DNA of 64,000 nucleotides, taken from NCBI GenBank assembly GCA_036726225.1, contig DAIMCS010000005.1, forward strand, positions 3,808-67,807, written 5' to 3'. Both the position numbers and the translations under genes were made by a program. Under the pieces are notes generated by a model. That model was given only the letters and a program-made list of their open reading frames with translations. It ran no database searches and was not told the DNA's origin. Positions 47,747-56,858 of this stretch are shown one piece after another (within the stretch, counting starts at the first letter, position 1; each line of letters starts with the position of its first letter). This DNA comes from Patescibacteria group bacterium. Its GTDB lineage: Bacteria; Patescibacteriota; Doudnabacteria; UBA920.

Positions 47747-49363
47747 CTAATTATTTTGAGGCACTTCGTCTATCTCTTCCAATAAATTTACGCCTGTCAT
47801 TTCCTCCGGCTTTTTTACTCCGAACAAATCCAAAACAGTCGGCGCAATGTCACACAAAGCTCCGGCCGGAACCCTTTCGGACAAAAAACCAAAATTCCTG
47901 ACAAAAGGCTTTTTAAACTTAAACTCGTCCGCAATAAGTAAAAATGGTACCGGGCTGGTGGTGTGGTCTTTGTCTATGCCGCCGGTTTTTGGGCTTATCA
48001 TTTGTTCAACGTTGCCATGATCTGCGGTAATAATGAGCAAAGCTCCGCGTTTTAAGCACGCGTCAAGAATTTTTTTTACACATGTATCTAAACACTGCAC
48101 GGCTAAAACTGCCGCCTGCAAACTGCCCGTATGCCCAACCATGTCACCATTGGCAAAATTGGCTACAAAAAAGTTAGTTTCACTTTCTAAAATTTTTTTC
48201 ACCAAATTTTCGGTAAGCTGTTCCGCCGACATTTTCGGGTTGTCAGAATAATTGTTAGCATTATTTGGGCTGTTAACAATTAGCCTTTCCTCATTTACAT
48301 AAGGCTCTGCCAGACCGCCGTTAAAAAAAGAAGTCACGTGAGCATACTTTTCACTTTCTGCTATATGAAACTGGCTCAAACCGCGGGTGGCGATAACCTC
48401 TGCCAAATTATTCTTTAACTCCATTTGAGCAAATGCAACTTTCACCGGCAAGCCCGGCAAATATTCTGTCATAGTGACAAAACATAAATTTTGCGGCACC
48501 AGACGCCTAAACTCCTCGGGCAATTTTTCGGGGCTGGCAAAGCTTTGAGTCAGCTGTAAGGCCCTGTCTGAACGGAAATTAAAAAAAATAACTCCATCGT
48601 TGTCAGAAATTTTTCCAATTGGCTGGCCGTTTATGTCTAAAATAACAGTCGGGCGTATCATTTCGTCAAAAATTTGGGAGCCATAGGCTTTATAAATTGC
48701 ATCTTGGGCGCTTTGGGCGGTTTCCCCTTTCCCGTTAACTAAAGCGTCAAAAGTTTGCAGCGTTTGGCCCCAGTGCCCGCCCCTGTCCATTGCATAAAAT
48801 CTCCCGCTAATTGTGGCAACCGCACCTGCCCCGATTTCAGAAATTCTCTCAGTCAATTTTTTTAAAGACTCTATGGCAATTTTAGGTTCAGTATCCCGCC
48901 CGTCGGTAAACATATGGATAAAAATTTTTTTCAGTCCCTGCTCCACAGCCATTGCCAACAGAGCATACACATGTTCGTCTGAACTGTGCACGCCACCGGG
49001 GCTTACCATGCCCAACAAATGCAGCGCCGAATTATTTTGCCTGACATGCTCAACGCACTCCAAAAAAGCGGGATTGTAAAAAAAATCTTTGCTTTGAATG
49101 TTGCTGTTTATCCTGGGCAAATCCTGTCCGGCTATTCTGCCCGCGCCAATGTTTAAATGCCCAACCTCAGAATTACCCATTTCACCCCAGGGCAGGCCTA
49201 CCAAAGGCCCGCTGGCCTGCAAAGTCAGGCTGGGAAAATTATTTACAATATAATCGAACGTAGGGATTTTCGCCTGCGAAATGGCATTGCCGTGGCCGTC
49301 CGGGGCAGAGCCAAAACCGTCCAAAATTACCAACACAACTTTTTTATATATTTTATGATGCAT
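47747..49363 (-). CDS. gpmI: 2,3-bisphosphoglycerate-independent phosphoglycerate mutase
   Basis: VVLVILDGFG N-terminus and the Mn-binding TADHGN motif. ATG at 49363 (MHHKIY...) is preferred over the track start. Confidence 0.85.
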   Translation of the reverse strand: MHHKIYKKVVLVILDGFGSAPDGHGNAISQAKIPTFDYIVNNFPSLTLQASGPLVGLPWGEMGNSEVGHLNIGAGRIAGQDLPRINSNIQSKDFFYNPAFLECVEHVRQNNSALHLLGMVSPGGVHSSDEHVYALLAMAVEQGLKKIFIHMFTDGRDTEPKIAIESLKKLTERISEIGAGAVATISGRFYAMDRGGHWGQTLQTFDALVNGKGETAQSAQDAIYKAYGSQIFDEMIRPTVILDINGQPIGKISDNDGVIFFNFRSDRALQLTQSFASPEKLPEEFRRLVPQNLCFVTMTEYLPGLPVKVAFAQMELKNNLAEVIATRGLSQFHIAESEKYAHVTSFFNGGLAEPYVNEERLIVNSPNNANNYSDNPKMSAEQLTENLVKKILESETNFFVANFANGDMVGHTGSLQAAVLAVQCLDTCVKKILDACLKRGALLIITADHGNVEQMISPKTGGIDKDHTTSPVPFLLIADEFKFKKPFVRNFGFLSERVPAGALCDIAPTVLDLFGVKKPEEMTGVNLLEEIDEVPQNN

Positions 49364-49383
49364 TTTTGTTTTAGTTTGATCCT

Positions 49384-50634
49384 CTAAGAACTCATTAAAT
49401 CCGAGATTTCCATGAGGCGATTGTACTTGCATACCCGCTCACCCCTACTCGGCCCAACTTTTATCCATTCACTCCCCACACAAACCCCCAAGTCTACCAA
49501 AAACGTGTCATTAGTTTCGCCACCGCCCCTATGTGAAGGGATGGTAAAAAATCCGTGCTGGTTTGCAAGCACGCAACAATCTACGGTTTCGGTAACCGTG
49601 CCCGCCTGGTTAAGTTTTATTAAAATGGAGCTCGCCACCTTTTTATTTATTGCCTCCTGCAAAAGCTCCACACTGGTAACAGTTAAGTCGTCCGCCACAA
49701 TTTTTACTTTTCCCGCGCCCTCCAAAAGTTTTGGCCAGCTTTCCCAGTCAAATTCCGAAAGACCGTCCTCTAAAGCAACAATCGGGTATTTTTTAAACCA
49801 TCCCACATATTTTTCTATAAGCTGCGAAGAACTTAACAACTGGTTTTCAATTGCTAAATTATATTGCGAATCTTTGTAAAATTCAGAAGCGGCAGCATCT
49901 ATATAAATTGCAGCATCATTAACCGGTTTATAGCCGGCCCGGCTTATTGCCTCGGTTATGAATTTAAGGGGCAGTTCGTTGTCACCTATGCCGCCGGGCG
50001 CAAATGCCCCTTCGTTGCCCACATTAGTGGAAAAATTATTCTCTTTTAATATTTTTTTAAGCGCCTGGTAAATTTCTTCCATCATCCTAATATTTTGTGC
50101 GGCTGGTTGGTTTTTGGTAACAGCTAAAATGTATTCCTGCAAGTCTGTGGAATTGTCAGCGTGCCTGCCGCCTTCAATAAAAACAGCAAGCGGCTTGGGC
50201 AGCTTAAGGGCTGTCCCCAAATTGTAAGCCTTGGATAAATACGCATACAATTCTAAATTTTCAGATGCCGCAGCAGCCCTACAGACTGCCATAGACACTC
50301 CCAAAATAGCGTTTGCGCCCAAATTTTTCTTGTTTTCCGTACCGTCGGCATTAATAAGGATTTTATCAACCGCACGCTGGTCTAAAGAATCTTTGCCTAT
50401 TAACAGCGGGGAAATTTTCTCGTTCACATTTTCCACAGCTTTAAGCATACCCTTGCCGTTGTAGCGACTTTTGTCCCCGTCAAACAAAACAAATGCCTCC
50501 TTGCTACCCGCAGATGCGCCGTAGGAAACAGACGCAATGCCAATTGCCCCCGACTCCAACTCCACTTTCACCTCCACACTCGGCTCGCCTCCGCTCGCCA
50601 AAATTTCCCTCGCTCGTATTTTCTTGATTTTCAT
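49384..50634 (-). CDS. eno: Enolase
   Basis: N-terminus IKKIRAREILASGGEPSVEV. Confidence 0.9.
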   Translation of the reverse strand: MKIKKIRAREILASGGEPSVEVKVELESGAIGIASVSYGASAGSKEAFVLFDGDKSRYNGKGMLKAVENVNEKISPLLIGKDSLDQRAVDKILINADGTENKKNLGANAILGVSMAVCRAAAASENLELYAYLSKAYNLGTALKLPKPLAVFIEGGRHADNSTDLQEYILAVTKNQPAAQNIRMMEEIYQALKKILKENNFSTNVGNEGAFAPGGIGDNELPLKFITEAISRAGYKPVNDAAIYIDAAASEFYKDSQYNLAIENQLLSSSQLIEKYVGWFKKYPIVALEDGLSEFDWESWPKLLEGAGKVKIVADDLTVTSVELLQEAINKKVASSILIKLNQAGTVTETVDCCVLANQHGFFTIPSHRGGGETNDTFLVDLGVCVGSEWIKVGPSRGERVCKYNRLMEISDLMSS

Positions 50635-50647
50635 AGATGGTTTTTAA

Positions 50648-50676
50648 TTGGTGTAGGGCCCGCCAATGGCGGGCCG
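50648..50676. repeat. REP-like hairpin with a GTAG-type head (left flank of the RAYT gene)
   Basis: tgtagggcccgccaatggcgggccg. Confidence 0.6.
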
Positions 50677-50677
50677 T

Positions 50678-51178
50678 TTATTTAATTATAGCAAATTTTT
50701 GATTATATTCGTCCAATTCCCACTGCTTAGGATTATTGACTATATATTCGCGGATTCGCGTTAAATCCTCTTGAGAACGAATAACATGATCATAAAATGA
50801 ATGTTGCCATTCAAAATTTGAATTTATATTGCGGATAGCTTTAGAAACAACATTTTTATATGAGCCTATAATTTTAGAAAGACTTACCTGTTTGTAGGGC
50901 CGGCCATCGGCCGGCAGCTGTTTGATTATGACTATTCCGTGAATATGATTCGGCATAACGACAAAAACATCTAAGCCTACATTAGGGTAATGGTTGGGCA
51001 CTTCTTTCCAAAATTTTTCTGCAATTATACCCTGTTCATCCAGAACTACCAGATCATTTTTTACCTTCCCGAAACATTCTAATCGATTTTGAACGCAGAT
51101 CGTTACAAAATAATAACCGGGGGTTGTATAATCAAATTTTTGCAAACGATAAGAGCTTCTTTGCGGCAATTTATTCAT
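50678..51178 (-). CDS. REP-associated tyrosine transposase (IS200/IS605-family HUH, RAYT-like)
   Basis: HUH motif MPNHIHGIV. Size around 165 aa. Flanked by inverted REP hairpins. Confidence 0.7.
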   Translation of the reverse strand: MNKLPQRSSYRLQKFDYTTPGYYFVTICVQNRLECFGKVKNDLVVLDEQGIIAEKFWKEVPNHYPNVGLDVFVVMPNHIHGIVIIKQLPADGRPYKQVSLSKIIGSYKNVVSKAIRNINSNFEWQHSFYDHVIRSQEDLTRIREYIVNNPKQWELDEYNQKFAIIK

Positions 51179-51193
51179 TTGTTCCAATTTAAA

Positions 51194-51218
51194 CGGCCAG
51201 GCAATGCCTGGCCCTACA
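51194..51218. repeat. REP-like hairpin (right flank of the RAYT gene, inverted relative to the left one)
   Basis: cggccaggcaatgcctggccctaca. Its reverse complement begins tgtagggcc. Confidence 0.6.
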
Positions 51219-51236
51219 ATATACTAAATCTCAACT

Positions 51237-52457
51237 TTATTTCAAAGCTTCAACGCCGGGGAGTTTTTTGCCGGCCAAGTATTCAAGCATTGCCCCGCCG
51301 CCGGTGGAGACGTGGTCTATGTGGCTAAATTGGTGAGCCTGGCGAATGGCATCAACAGTGTCGCCACCGCCGGCAACAACGAAGGCATGACCTTTGCCGC
51401 GGCCGCCAATAAGACGGCAGAGCGCTTTGGTAGCCGTGTCAAAAGGTTTTTTTTCAAACAGGCCCAAAGGACCGCTCCACACAATAGTTTTAGCTAACTT
51501 TAATTCTTTAGCAAAAAGTAAAATAGTTTTGGGACCTGCGTCTAAAACAATTTCTTTTTTGCCTATTTCATGGGGCGCGCAAACCCGAATGGAATTTTTG
51601 TCCATTTCCGCATTTGCCACAACAACATCTACAGGCAACACAAGTTTTCCTTTAAAATTCTTTTCTATTTGAAAAGCGGTCTTCATTTCGCCTTCTTCAA
51701 TTTTTGAAAGGCCAATTTCCAGTCCCTTAGTCTTAAAAATTAAATTCGCTACTCCCCCGCCCACCAGAATTTTGTCAGCCTTTGTGCCCAAATTTTCCAG
51801 AGCACCAATTTTTTCCGACAGCTTAATCCCGCCCGTCATTACCACAAACGGATGCTTTACAGTTTTTAAAACGGCGTCAAGCGATTTTATTTCTTTTTCC
51901 AAAAGCAAACCGCAGTAACTGGGCAAATGCTTTGCCACGCCGGTAACCGAAACAGAAGCGTGGTGATCCACCCCAAAAGCGTCGTTAACGTAAACTTCGG
52001 CTAAATCTGACATATGCTTGGCAAAACTTTCGTCGTTGTCTTCTTCCTGCTTGTAAAAACGCATATTCTCCAAAAATATGACATCTTGGTCGCCCATGTT
52101 TTTAACTTGCGCTCTATGCGCGCTTTCCAGCAAATTTCCGGTATAAAAAATTAAATGCCCTCCGCCTTCGGGAATTTTTGCGTCAGTCGCAAAAAATTTT
52201 AAGCCCAAAGAGTGGGCCAGTTTTTCCGCCACCGGCTTAAAGCTTAACTCTTCCTTCCACTGGCCTTTTGGACGTCCCAAGTGCCCACAAATAATAAGTT
52301 TGTTGTCATCATCTATAAGTTTTTTAATCGTCGGCAAACTTTCATGAATTCTAAAATCGTCTGTCACCTTACCGTTTTCCACGGGACAATTCAAATCCGG
52401 CCGTAGCAGCACGGTTTTATTTTTGACTGACGATGTTCTTAAATACTTAATTGCCAT
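51237..52457 (-). CDS. pgk: Phosphoglycerate kinase
   Basis: 406 aa. N-terminal VLLRPDLNCP motif (the PGK RxD-N-P signature) and a C-terminal GGGD...GG glycine-rich region. Confidence 0.9.
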   Translation of the reverse strand: MAIKYLRTSSVKNKTVLLRPDLNCPVENGKVTDDFRIHESLPTIKKLIDDDNKLIICGHLGRPKGQWKEELSFKPVAEKLAHSLGLKFFATDAKIPEGGGHLIFYTGNLLESAHRAQVKNMGDQDVIFLENMRFYKQEEDNDESFAKHMSDLAEVYVNDAFGVDHHASVSVTGVAKHLPSYCGLLLEKEIKSLDAVLKTVKHPFVVMTGGIKLSEKIGALENLGTKADKILVGGGVANLIFKTKGLEIGLSKIEEGEMKTAFQIEKNFKGKLVLPVDVVVANAEMDKNSIRVCAPHEIGKKEIVLDAGPKTILLFAKELKLAKTIVWSGPLGLFEKKPFDTATKALCRLIGGRGKGHAFVVAGGGDTVDAIRQAHQFSHIDHVSTGGGAMLEYLAGKKLPGVEALK

Positions 52458-52460
52458 AAA

Positions 52461-53483
52461 TTACTTCTGCCCAACTAAGATAACTTCCTCTACCAACCTG
52501 TTACTATATCCGAATTCGTTATCATACCAGGCAACAACTTTAAGAAAATTTCCGTCCACGACTTGAGTGAGGCCTAAATCAACTATTGCGGAAGCCGGGT
52601 TACCAACAATGTCCGCCAAAACCAGCTGCTCATCACTGACTTCCAAAATGCCTTTGTATTTTGAAGTCTTAGATGCTTCTATGAAGGCCTGGTTGACTTC
52701 TTCTTTTGTGACGTTCTTTTTAAGTAATAACGTAAAATCTGATAACGACCCTACGGGGGTGGGAACACGAAAAGCCACGCCGTCAAATTTTCCTTTAAGG
52801 GATGGAATTGCTTGGGTTGCGGAGATAGCGGCGCCGGTAGTTGTTGGGATTATGTTAACTGCGGCAGCGCGGGCACGGCGAAGATCATTAGCCTTGCCTC
52901 CTGGCGGATTCCCGTCAACCAAATTTTGCTCTGCGGTATAACTGTGGATGGTGGACATAAAAGCTTTTTCAATGCCAAACTTGTTATGCAAAACGTCTAA
53001 AACCGGAGTAATACAATTAGTTGTGCAGGAAGCATTGCTAACTATAGGCTGGCCGTTGTAATCCTCGCCGTTAACACCTAAAACAATAGTTGGGGTAACG
53101 CCTTCATCTTTCGCCGGGGCTGATATCACTACGTGTCTGGCTCCGGCTTTAATATGCGCCGATGCCGAAGCGCTGTCTGTAAACCTGCCGGTGCATTCAA
53201 TTACCACATCCACGCCTAATTTGCCCCAAGGCAACGCACTTGGGTCTTTTTCAGCAAACACCGGATACTTGTGCCCGTCTATAATTACGTTTTTTTCGTC
53301 AAAGGAAACGTCGTGAGGGTATTTACCGTAGTTACTGTCGTATTTTAAAAGATGAGCCAAAACCGAAGGCGCGCCCAGGTCGTTGACTCCAACAATTTCA
53401 ATTTCTTCTTTTTCCAAAGCAATTTTAAAAGCCTGTCTACCAATGCGCCCAAAGCCGTTTATTCCAATTTTTATTTTTTTCAT
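52461..53483 (-). CDS. gap: Glyceraldehyde-3-phosphate dehydrogenase (type I)
   Basis: INGFGRIGR NAD-binding motif. SNASCTTNC active-site Cys. Confidence 0.9.
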   Translation of the reverse strand: MKKIKIGINGFGRIGRQAFKIALEKEEIEIVGVNDLGAPSVLAHLLKYDSNYGKYPHDVSFDEKNVIIDGHKYPVFAEKDPSALPWGKLGVDVVIECTGRFTDSASASAHIKAGARHVVISAPAKDEGVTPTIVLGVNGEDYNGQPIVSNASCTTNCITPVLDVLHNKFGIEKAFMSTIHSYTAEQNLVDGNPPGGKANDLRRARAAAVNIIPTTTGAAISATQAIPSLKGKFDGVAFRVPTPVGSLSDFTLLLKKNVTKEEVNQAFIEASKTSKYKGILEVSDEQLVLADIVGNPASAIVDLGLTQVVDGNFLKVVAWYDNEFGYSNRLVEEVILVGQK

Positions 53484-53508
53484 ATTTTAATTCTTAATAA
53501 TATTTAAA

Positions 53509-54060
53509 TCAATTAGTTGAACTCGGCCGCAACGTAGCTTCCGGAGTTAAATATTTTTTTGCAAAATACATTATCGCTAATAACATTAAAGGCTGCCAGA
53601 CTAAAAATAAAATCCCAAAATCATTAAAATGAATTGGTATATATACGGAAAACCCAAGCACGCCTCCCCACAAGCTTAGCTTAATAACTTCAGCGATACT
53701 TATTGATACTAGCATCCACCTCACAGCCATAACGCTTAAAAACGCTCCGATACACCCTCCGAAAAAAAAGCTTAAGGGCTCCAGAAAGTCCACAGTATAA
53801 AGGGTAGCCCAAAAAGCTGCCATGTAGGCAATTATGCTCGCTAGAACAAACCCTACAAACCCCAACCATTTAGTGTGCCCACAGATAATTATAAAAGCCA
53901 AGCATGTTGAGAGCCCAAAAAATAAACCGGGAAAAATATCAAAATATACCGCATTTCCAGAATATATTTGGTATAAATCAAGCTTGGGAGGGACGTATAC
54001 AGTTAACGCTCCTGAAATTAAACCGAGTACTAAGCTAAAAAAAATATTTTTGATATTCAT
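53509..54060 (-). CDS. Multi-TM membrane protein, hypothetical
   Basis: Five or six hydrophobic segments. Confidence 0.35.
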   Translation of the reverse strand: MNIKNIFFSLVLGLISGALTVYVPPKLDLYQIYSGNAVYFDIFPGLFFGLSTCLAFIIICGHTKWLGFVGFVLASIIAYMAAFWATLYTVDFLEPLSFFFGGCIGAFLSVMAVRWMLVSISIAEVIKLSLWGGVLGFSVYIPIHFNDFGILFLVWQPLMLLAIMYFAKKYLTPEATLRPSSTN

Positions 54061-55076
54061 TAATCTTTTTTCTTATTTACTTTCGCGAGTAATTTCTTTT
54101 TAAATTTCTCAGTGGTAATTTCTACAGGCTTAAAACTTTTCATTTTGGAAAGCTTGGCGAGCATTTCTTTCTTATACAAAAGGCCTGCCTGAGGGCCAAC
54201 TTGCAGAACACAAGAGCCGGCATTCATTGGGCCCCAGCGCAATGCTTCTTTATGCGGGTTGCCGTAAAACAAAGCAGACACATAGCCCGTGGTAAACGCA
54301 TCACCTGCGCCTGTAGCCTCAATACGAGGCCCTGGAAATTCTTGCAGATAGTAGAACCCTTCATCGCTGTAGCTGTATGCGCCTTTTCGGCCGTCAGTAA
54401 GCACAATGGCTTTTGGCCCTAGCTTCTTGAGTTTTTTGCAAAGGTCCTCCGGGTCGCGTCCGCTGTTTCCGACCCAAGCTTGGGCCTCTTCTACGTTGAG
54501 TGATAGTAAAGTTGTATTTTCTAAAATTATTTTATTAGCTTTTACGCCCGCCCTAAGCTGGAAGGTGCCGGGGTTGTAAGCTAATTTAACATTATTTTTC
54601 TTTAAATAATTTACTAAATCTTTGTGGATGGTTTCAAAGCCGTGTCCCGTGCTGGTTAAATACACCCATTTAGCCGGCGCCAGTTTTGGCAGTTTATATT
54701 TTCTGTGTTCATGGTAAACCAAAATGGTGCGCTCGCCTTGGTAAGAAATTACGGTTGACGCGTTGGTCGGGTGTTTGTCGTTCTTATCTATATAGATAGG
54801 CGAAACTCCCTCTTTTACCATTTTGTGAACAATTTCGCGTCCGCCGGTGTCGTGCGCCACAACGCAGTAAAAAGCGACTTTTAAGCCTAAACGGGATGCG
54901 CCAACTGCATTGTTAGCCGCATTGCCTGCCACGGTGCGGTAAAATTCATCCACCGGCAATTTGTCACCCCAGTTTATAATTGCTTTCTTCGCGCCATTGA
55001 TTTTTTTAATTTCAATGTCGTGGATCATTAAAAACGTGTCGATTGTCGGGTCTCCTATGGAAATGATGTCGAACAT
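54060..55076 (-). CDS. PfkB-family sugar kinase with a Lys-rich C-terminal extension
   Basis: GAGDAFTTGY motif. Confidence 0.7.
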   Translation of the reverse strand: MFDIISIGDPTIDTFLMIHDIEIKKINGAKKAIINWGDKLPVDEFYRTVAGNAANNAVGASRLGLKVAFYCVVAHDTGGREIVHKMVKEGVSPIYIDKNDKHPTNASTVISYQGERTILVYHEHRKYKLPKLAPAKWVYLTSTGHGFETIHKDLVNYLKKNNVKLAYNPGTFQLRAGVKANKIILENTTLLSLNVEEAQAWVGNSGRDPEDLCKKLKKLGPKAIVLTDGRKGAYSYSDEGFYYLQEFPGPRIEATGAGDAFTTGYVSALFYGNPHKEALRWGPMNAGSCVLQVGPQAGLLYKKEMLAKLSKMKSFKPVEITTEKFKKKLLAKVNKKKD

Positions 55077-55093
55077 AAGTTAGTGAATAGTGG

Positions 55094-55453
55094 TTAGTGA
55101 TTAGTTATTAGTTTTTTAATTCTAAAATATTTAATTAAACTCAAACCAATAAAACTAAGTCCAATATAAGTTAATGCATTAACATAAAAATTTTTTTGAT
55201 AATAGCTAGGTACATTCTCATTCACTTCTAAGCAACGTTTTATTTTTAAAGGCCAACCAACGTGATAGCAAGTAGCATCAGCGTCATAAAAATTTAGCCA
55301 AAACTTAGGCAAGTTTTTAATATCACCATCGATTACGCTTTGATTGCCGGCAAATATATTATAGTAATTCATTACAAAATAATTTACAGCCAGTCCAATA
55401 ATTATGCTCCATATAACCAAACTCGTTTTTGTTTGCAGACTGAAAATTTTCAT
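55094..55453 (-). CDS. Small two-TM membrane protein, MKIFSLETKKH paralog family, member 1
   Basis: N-terminal MKIFSLQTK, the GWP motif and a C-terminal TM + basic tail shared with 57810-58674. Confidence 0.45.
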   Translation of the reverse strand: MKIFSLQTKTSLVIWSIIIGLAVNYFVMNYYNIFAGNQSVIDGDIKNLPKFWLNFYDADATCYHVGWPLKIKRCLEVNENVPSYYQKNFYVNALTYIGLSFIGLSLIKYFRIKKLITNH

Positions 55454-55465
55454 TTACTTTTTTAC

Positions 55466-55553
55466 GGCGTCATTCTGAGGGAGTGCATCCGACCGAAGAA
55501 TCCCTTAATTGAGATCCTTCGCCCTCAGATGCATTCGGGCTCAGGATGACGCC
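55466..55553. other. 88-nt imperfect palindrome (long stem-loop) 13 nt upstream of the start codon of 55094-55453
   Basis: ggcgtcattctgagg...cctcagatgcattcggg...ctcaggatgacgcc. Confidence 0.4.
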
Positions 55554-55586
55554 AAGCTTCGGATGTTAATTGTTAATTGTTTTATT

Positions 55587-55630
55587 CCTGTAGACATCTG
55601 TAGTTAAATTTATAGATTCTGTAGTTTATA
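55587..55630. promoter_or_regulatory. Conserved CTGTAG/ACTACAG triple-repeat motif (copy 1) at the tkt-C 3' end
   Basis: 40/45-nt identity with 62548-62591. Confidence 0.4.
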
Positions 55631-56603
55631 CCTTCTTTCTCTTTAAAACTTTTTTAACCGCTTCAATAACCGCCGTCTTACCCATTCCATACTTTTCTAT
55701 TAATTCTTCCGGCTGGCCGGATTCGCCAAACGAATTGGGCATGCCAACCATTTCTACAGGTACAGGATGATTTTGGGCAAGCACTTCGCATACAGCCGAG
55801 CCGCAACCCGCCATGGTTTGGTGTTCTTCTAAAGTTACCACGGCCCCACAAGTTTTAGCCGCGTTGATAATTGTAGCAGCGTCAATGGGTTTAATAGTGT
55901 GGTTATTTACAACCATAACCGAAATCCCCTCTTTTTCCAGCTCTATTGCCGCCAAAAGGCCGTTATACAAAACCGGGCCTGAAGCTATTATAGCAACATC
56001 TTTGCCTTCTTTAAAAATTTCCGCCTTACCTACTGCAAAAGGCGTTTGTTCGGTGGTTATAATAGGCGTTTTACTTCTTCCTAAACGAAAATACGCCGGT
56101 CCGAGCATTGTGCCTAAAGCCCGAACAGTTTTACGCGCTTCAATAGCATCGCACGGCACCTCTACTATAATATTTGGCAAGACGCGGGTAATGGCTACAT
56201 CTTCTAAAGCCTGATGCGTAGCGCCGTCCGGACCGACTGATATGCCCGTATGCGCTCCGGCAACTTTTACATTTGCCTGGCTATAGCAAACAGAAACTCT
56301 AAGCTGGTCCCAAGAGCGTCCCGGTGAAAAAGTTGCATAAGACGAGACGAATGCGGTTTTTCCGGTAAGCGCTAACCCTGCTGCAATGCCCATCATATTC
56401 TGCTCGGCCACGCCGCATTCCACAAACCTTTCCGGATATTTTTTTGCAAAATCTAAAACCATGGTGGACTCCGCCAAATCTGCAGTCAGCACCACAACAT
56501 TTTCATCGTGTCCGCCCAAATCTAAAACTCCCTGCCCGTAACCTTTACGAGTGGCTTCCTGTTCAACGTCTTTTTGTCCGATTTTTGGGTTTAATTGAAT
56601 CAT
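55626..56603 (-). CDS. Transketolase C-terminal subunit (pyrimidine-binding + C-terminal domain)
   Basis: Split tkt. ATG at 56603 (MIQLNPK...) preferred. Confidence 0.85.
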   Translation of the reverse strand: MIQLNPKIGQKDVEQEATRKGYGQGVLDLGGHDENVVVLTADLAESTMVLDFAKKYPERFVECGVAEQNMMGIAAGLALTGKTAFVSSYATFSPGRSWDQLRVSVCYSQANVKVAGAHTGISVGPDGATHQALEDVAITRVLPNIIVEVPCDAIEARKTVRALGTMLGPAYFRLGRSKTPIITTEQTPFAVGKAEIFKEGKDVAIIASGPVLYNGLLAAIELEKEGISVMVVNNHTIKPIDAATIINAAKTCGAVVTLEEHQTMAGCGSAVCEVLAQNHPVPVEMVGMPNSFGESGQPEELIEKYGMGKTAVIEAVKKVLKRKKV

Positions 56604-56613
56604 AAAAATAGGT

Positions 56614-56835
56614 TTAGGAAAAAGCTCCAGGAGGAAAATCAATTTTTATTGGCATAAACGCCAATAAGGCATTATAAATTAATACAATTATGCCTAAAAT
56701 TAAAAGTATCAGGCCTAAAATACGTTGCATGCTGGTTTTCTGATTTTCATCGAGCTTATTATGCCTAAGAAGAAATATACCCAGAATGATAGCAATGATT
56801 GACCCGACAAATTGTTTCCAAAATATTATTATCAT
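56614..56835 (-). CDS. Small membrane protein, hypothetical
   Basis: Two TM segments. Lies between the tkt halves. Confidence 0.3.
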   Translation of the reverse strand: MIIIFWKQFVGSIIAIILGIFLLRHNKLDENQKTSMQRILGLILLILGIIVLIYNALLAFMPIKIDFPPGAFS

Positions 56836-56858
56836 CTATTTACAGATTTACTTTCTAA

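Noticed and set aside
19100-50464. Numerous 60-240 aa track ORFs antisense to or nested in large genes (for example 19439-20149, 33213-33593, 43129-43767, 46299-46751, 49412-49879, 52567-52941)
   Set aside because: They are fully contained within confidently identified housekeeping genes on the opposite strand or in an alternative frame. No independent signals.
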